DNA of 63,426 nucleotides, the filler included, from Globobulimina sp. (taxonomy: Eukaryota): NCBI GenBank assembly GCA_003354225.1. It is 27 parts of 27 records of this genome, joined end to end, with 100 filler letters (N's around TTAATTAATTAA, not from the genome) between each part and the next. Parts side by side here need not be neighbours in the genome. Positions count along the whole stretch, not along the records: positions 58,825 to 61,075 come from PIVH01007880.1; positions 61,176 to 63,426 come from PIVH01007881.1; 25 more parts are not named here. One strand, 5' to 3'. Positions 59,328 through 63,426 of this stretch are shown piece by piece. The notes beneath the pieces are model-generated. The model ran no database searches and had not been told where the DNA came from. It was given only the letters and a program-made list of their open reading frames with translations. The translations under genes and the position numbers were made by a program. The stretch's first letter is position 1. The number at the start of each line of letters is the position of its first letter.

Positions 59328-60830
59328 TCATTTTTTTAATCTTTTACGATTATTTTTCCGTTTAAGGCTAAGCTGACTGTATGTTTTGCTGAAAGCAAAT
59401 TTATTTCTTGTCGTTGACCTATTTGAAGCTGAAGCAGCTGTAATTCTATGTTTATTCGAACTGATATGTTTCCTGGAACTCCTGCTACTTTTTCTGCTGT
59501 CACAGCATCCGCACACATACCCAATAAAACATATTGCCATTACAACTTGCGACAAAATGATAAATAAGCCGATCCAAAATAGATTGCTAACCATAAGCAA
59601 CAAGCTCTCCATATAATTTTCAATTCTCTCCAACTGTTCATGTCGTTTCCATGAAAGCACATCATTATAATACGACTTTTGCTGCGACCAATCCGAGTAC
59701 ATTCCATTTGTTTTATTTCCCGCTCCCTCACTCCTCTCATCCCCAACAGTGCCATTCTTCTCCTTCACCGACTTCAACATTCTCGAAATGCCATACGACT
59801 GAAATAGCATATGATTGGTCAAATTGATTTGATATTCATCGAAACGCTGGTCCAATCCATCAATTTTGCTGAATAAAATCGCTAATTGTGACACTTGCAT
59901 TTGCTGCTTCGTTAAATTCAATTCCAACGAACTAATTCTTTTGGTCAGTATAGTAAACTCGGACTGCTCCATCCTGTTATGCTGCAATGTCATATTGTTC
60001 ACAGTATTATTATTATTTGTGCTGTTATTGATATTCTGTTTGATGAGGTCCACTTCGTCAAAATGTTCAATCACAGCATTCTTCCAATGCGGCAACATGG
60101 TGCGCCCAAACACTTTGATCTGAGTCAGCGTGCAATAATATTCGTTGCCATAATAGCTCAATATCTCGAATTTCAGTAATCGAACCCAATGGTTTTCCGT
60201 AAAGGAGATGCGATTTGTATTTTTATTTTCCAATTGAAAGTCTGAAATAAAAAACCAATTTTGAGAGTTTGTGTCGTTGTCGTCCGACGTGGTGCGGCCA
60301 TAAATGCGAATGTCTTTAATATTTGAAGAGTAATGTTCTAAATTGGTCACTTGCATGTTGTCAACGGCGATATCTTCGGATAGCTGAATAACGAACCATT
60401 TGTCCGTCAAATCGCATGCCATCATCATATATTTATCCTTGCGGTCACTTAAAATGGATTTGGATGACTTAATACCATCGGATATTTCCAATACCATCGC
60501 GCCAGAATCAAATGAGGCGAAGTTAAATGATTTGGATATAGCTTGGTAACTTTCTTTTTGTTCATCCGGTTGCAGAGTGTCATTGTTTTCGTTTGCAATG
60601 AAAGGATCGACGTATTCTGTTGTTAAGCATTGGTAAAATGAATCAAATCCAACATCATTATTCAATGTGACTGGCTGTATAATTATTGGAGCATCAATAT
60701 TTGGGGTTATTCTATGGAGTAAAATATTGTGTTCGTCAATACTACATTGATTATTTCGATTGGCATTGTTTAATCTGAACAAGTATAAAAAGCACATTTG
60801 TTGACATCGTGAATGGAGGAAATGAATCAT
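59328..60830 (-). CDS. Mid-SUN domain protein (SUCO/Slp1-like)
   Basis: FNFASFDSGA, ILSDRKDKYM, WFVIQLSEDI, NLEHYSS, YYGNEYYCTLTQIKVFG, coiled coil and TM; first exon uncertain. Confidence 0.88.
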   Translation of the reverse strand: MIHFLHSRCQQMCFLYLFRLNNANRNNQCSIDEHNILLHRITPNIDAPIIIQPVTLNNDVGFDSFYQCLTTEYVDPFIANENNDTLQPDEQKESYQAISKSFNFASFDSGAMVLEISDGIKSSKSILSDRKDKYMMMACDLTDKWFVIQLSEDIAVDNMQVTNLEHYSSNIKDIRIYGRTTSDDNDTNSQNWFFISDFQLENKNTNRISFTENHWVRLLKFEILSYYGNEYYCTLTQIKVFGRTMLPHWKNAVIEHFDEVDLIKQNINNSTNNNNTVNNMTLQHNRMEQSEFTILTKRISSLELNLTKQQMQVSQLAILFSKIDGLDQRFDEYQINLTNHMLFQSYGISRMLKSVKEKNGTVGDERSEGAGNKTNGMYSDWSQQKSYYNDVLSWKRHEQLERIENYMESLLLMVSNLFWIGLFIILSQVVMAICFIGYVCGCCDSRKSSRSSRKHISSNKHRITAASASNRSTTRNKFAFSKTYSQLSLKRKNNRKRLKK

Positions 60831-60995
60831 ACTGAATCACATTTAATAGATTAACGAGCAGAACAAGAATGGTTCTTCTTTGCTGTAATGAAAGCATCGT
60901 TGAGTGCGTTATATAATATCAAAACTGTTTTTGAAAACTTGAGTTAGTTGGCTTCTTTCATCAAAAGTTTACCATACATCAAAAACAGCGGCGCA

Positions 60996-61067
60996 ACTAA
61001 ATCAACAAAAACGTTATATACTAAATCAACAAAAACGTTATATACTAAATCAACAAAAACGTTATAT
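60996..61067. repeat. 24-bp tandem repeat x3
   Basis: ACTAAATCAACAAAAACGTTATAT three times. Confidence 0.9.
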
Positions 61068-61175
61068 TCCACAAANNNNNNNNNNNNNNNNNNNNNNNNN
61101 NNNNNNNNNNNNNNNNNNNTTAATTAATTAANNNNNNNNNNNNNNNNNNNNNNNNNNNNNNNNNNNNNNNNNNNN

Positions 61176-63426
61176 GAAATTCAATAATTACCCATTAAAT
61201 ATCACGATAGCTGACAATGTTGCTGTATATCCCGACTCTAATTTCCATGGACACGCAAATGCTATCAACATATTTCCATTTAATCGCAAGAAATCCGGGT
61301 TATTTTATGGGTGCCGCAATAAATTCAAATTGATTTTCAATATGGCCGTCTTGGATAATATGGACACATTAAATCGTTATCGTGCAACCACCATTGATTT
61401 AGCATATATTTGGCATGCATTAGGTTACCACGTCACGGACCCGAAATGTTTACATCTGACGCTGATGAAATGTGACCCGAACAAAGCCAAAGCGTGGTAT
61501 TGTTCCACGAAGAATTCGTTGATCCATGGCCATGTATTAGATTTGCATCATCCTTCGCCGTATCTGAATACAAAAGAAGTGGAATATATATTGAGAAATA
61601 TGGCTCCCATTGAGCCAAATATACATATCCAAAATTATGCGCATCCATATCAAATGCATGCAAATCATTTTAGTTTCTATTTTTCGTTTAAGAATACGCC
61701 GCGAAACCTATTGATTGGCGTAGACTCTTCGGACTTGACCAACCCCCACTTCTTTTATACAAATAAAGTATTAGCATCCAACCGTGTGGTAATTGGTGGT
61801 TTTGTGGTCAATATAACGGCTACGTACAAAGAAGACATTATTTCGTCGTCCACAATGCATATCCAATTAGATCAAAAATGTGTATATGATCCGTCCTATT
61901 TTTGTTTGCAACCAAACAAATGCGTGTATTTCAAAGACAAATTAGAAGATTTAAAACAGAAAATTAAAACGGAATTAACTGCGAAAGGCAAAACACCGGA
62001 TATCATCAACAACACTTTAAATAAATTAAGTAAAGCATCCATTCAATCAAAATGTGGCCATTTAACATCCAATTGCAAAGGTTGTGCATTTATACGACCA
62101 CAATACGACGATGGCTTTAAAGGCATTCCAGGATTAGGCAATGCGCCCAGTGAGCATACGTTATTAACCTATTATCATTCATATGCAATCTCATGTATTC
62201 ATGGCTTGACCATCGACAATGCGGCCATCGTTTGGGGCGAATTAAGTACGATGCAGCAGTTAGGGCTGACCTTCCATCCCGAGATAATGGCGCGATTCCA
62301 AGGTAATGATATTGGCAATTTGATATTCCACAAAATTGTGACAATTGCAAGTGATGATAAATTGATATTAGATCAGACATTATTAAGTGAATTATTAATC
62401 AAACAAAAGAGAGGCACCAAGTTCCGCACGCAAAGCAAATTAATTAAAGAATATTCAATTCATAATCCAAATAATCGATATCGCAACAAAAGCAATCACA
62501 ACATCAACGAAATTGATCTCATTACGGACATTTAATTTATTATGTTTGGTTGCATCAAAGTTGGCTGTGTCAGCCCTATCGTCATATTAAACAAGTTTCC
62601 AACATATCCCCCAACATCTACCACTATTTTATCATTGCGCTCTAACTTTTTCTCCTCACTATTAACTTTTACTTTTTTTATATTACAAATGTTTCTATTA
62701 CCATTCTTTTTTTATACCATGTATTACCACCACTTTGTAGTTCTTTTTTTCATTATTTTGAGTGAATTTGTCTATATTCACAATATAATAAATAATCTCG
62801 GTGCATTATTTATTTATATTGATATGATAAATTATCCTCTGTTTTTTAATAATAAAAATCTTAAATTGAATCATAACACTGACAATAAAATAGTTCGCAG
62901 GAAGTCACAAATATTGGCAACCAAACAAATAACACAGAATATACAAATATTGGTAACCAAACAAATATTGTACACCATATATATACAAAAAACTAGTTAT
63001 TCGATACTTAATTACTTTAATCACTTTAGGTACTTAGCAAAAGCCGAATGCGTCACCGGTTTCATGCTCAGCACCAAAAAATACAAACACACGTCAGTGC
63101 TATATAAGTTCATAGAAAAACACCAATACAGACTACGCAAATTCTATAAATATATTAAAATAATAATGGACAAATCATTACGTTGGATAACTATAAGAAT
63201 GCCGCAAATAAAACTGGAACCGGATTTAATTTCATATCAAAAGATGACTCATTATTAGATTATGTCAATAATATCATCTGCAGACAGTTACCATTGACGT
63301 ACGACGTGAAATTCAATAATTACCCATTAAATATCACGATAGCTGACAATGTTGCTGTATATCCCGACTCTAATTTCCATGGACACGCAAATGCTATCAA
63401 CATATTTCCATTTAATCGCAAGAAAT
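61176..63426. repeat. Contig with 119-bp exact terminal direct repeat (2132-bp circle or tandem unit)
   Basis: 61176-61294 equals 63308-63426. Confidence 0.9.
61177..62535 (+). CDS. Orphan protein whose frame continues across the circular junction (from 63159); Cys/His-rich C-terminal half
   Basis: Frame is open from 61177 and, through the overlap, back to 63159 (about 500 codons in total); KCGHLTSNC knuckle-like motif. Confidence 0.65.
   Translation, partial: KFNNYPLNITIADNVAVYPDSNFHGHANAINIFPFNRKKSGLFYGCRNKFKLIFNMAVLDNMDTLNRYRATTIDLAYIWHALGYHVTDPKCLHLTLMKCDPNKAKAWYCSTKNSLIHGHVLDLHHPSPYLNTKEVEYILRNMAPIEPNIHIQNYAHPYQMHANHFSFYFSFKNTPRNLLIGVDSSDLTNPHFFYTNKVLASNRVVIGGFVVNITATYKEDIISSSTMHIQLDQKCVYDPSYFCLQPNKCVYFKDKLEDLKQKIKTELTAKGKTPDIINNTLNKLSKASIQSKCGHLTSNCKGCAFIRPQYDDGFKGIPGLGNAPSEHTLLTYYHSYAISCIHGLTIDNAAIVWGELSTMQQLGLTFHPEIMARFQGNDIGNLIFHKIVTIASDDKLILDQTLLSELLIKQKRGTKFRTQSKLIKEYSIHNPNNRYRNKSNHNINEIDLITDI

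Noticed and set aside
61440-61540. CRESS-virus Rep (LHLTL and YCSTK resemble HUH motifs II/III)
   Set aside because: No true HUH pair, no motif I, no Walker A, and no nonanucleotide stem-loop was found.
784-62380. Numerous 60-150-aa antisense or alternate-frame ORFs in the track
   Set aside because: They overlap well-supported genes on the other strand or frame, or span linkers, and show no motifs.

Overview
This window is not one locus. It is 27 unrelated contigs of 2251-2255 bp, sorted by length and joined by artificial 100-bp linkers (N-run + TTAATTAATTAA + N-run), so neighbourhood across linkers means nothing. The DNA is AT-rich and eukaryotic, uses the standard code and has short GT-AG introns (about 36-260 nt). 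It is very gene-dense. The gene families and style resemble a protist, possibly a foraminiferan/rhizarian (inference), and some contigs may come from other organisms. Recognisable genes include a SINA-like E3, G-alpha, RING, SDR, RCC1 proteins, amino-acid and MFS transporters, a class III cyclase, PDK1, a Ni/Co-type transporter, USP, Zn-dependent threonine dehydrogenase, MED17-like, DDX11, arylsulfatase, ubiquilin and a SUN/SUCO protein. Several pseudogenes and mobile elements are also present: a DIRS-type YR retrotransposon, a Ty3/gypsy relic, a hAT MITE, another MITE family, a tRNA-like element and satellites. The most notable observations are: (1) an apparently intact Mrr (type IV restriction endonuclease) domain fused to a Myb/SANT domain; (2) two contigs with exact 119-bp terminal overlaps (2132-bp circles or tandem units), one almost fully covered by orphan reading frames that cross the junction; (3) five head-to-head gene pairs with only 46-72 bp between start codons; (4) a RanBP2-finger-TDH fusion; (5) a recurrent N-terminal adaptor-like motif. 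All calls come from motif recognition by eye; no searches were run.
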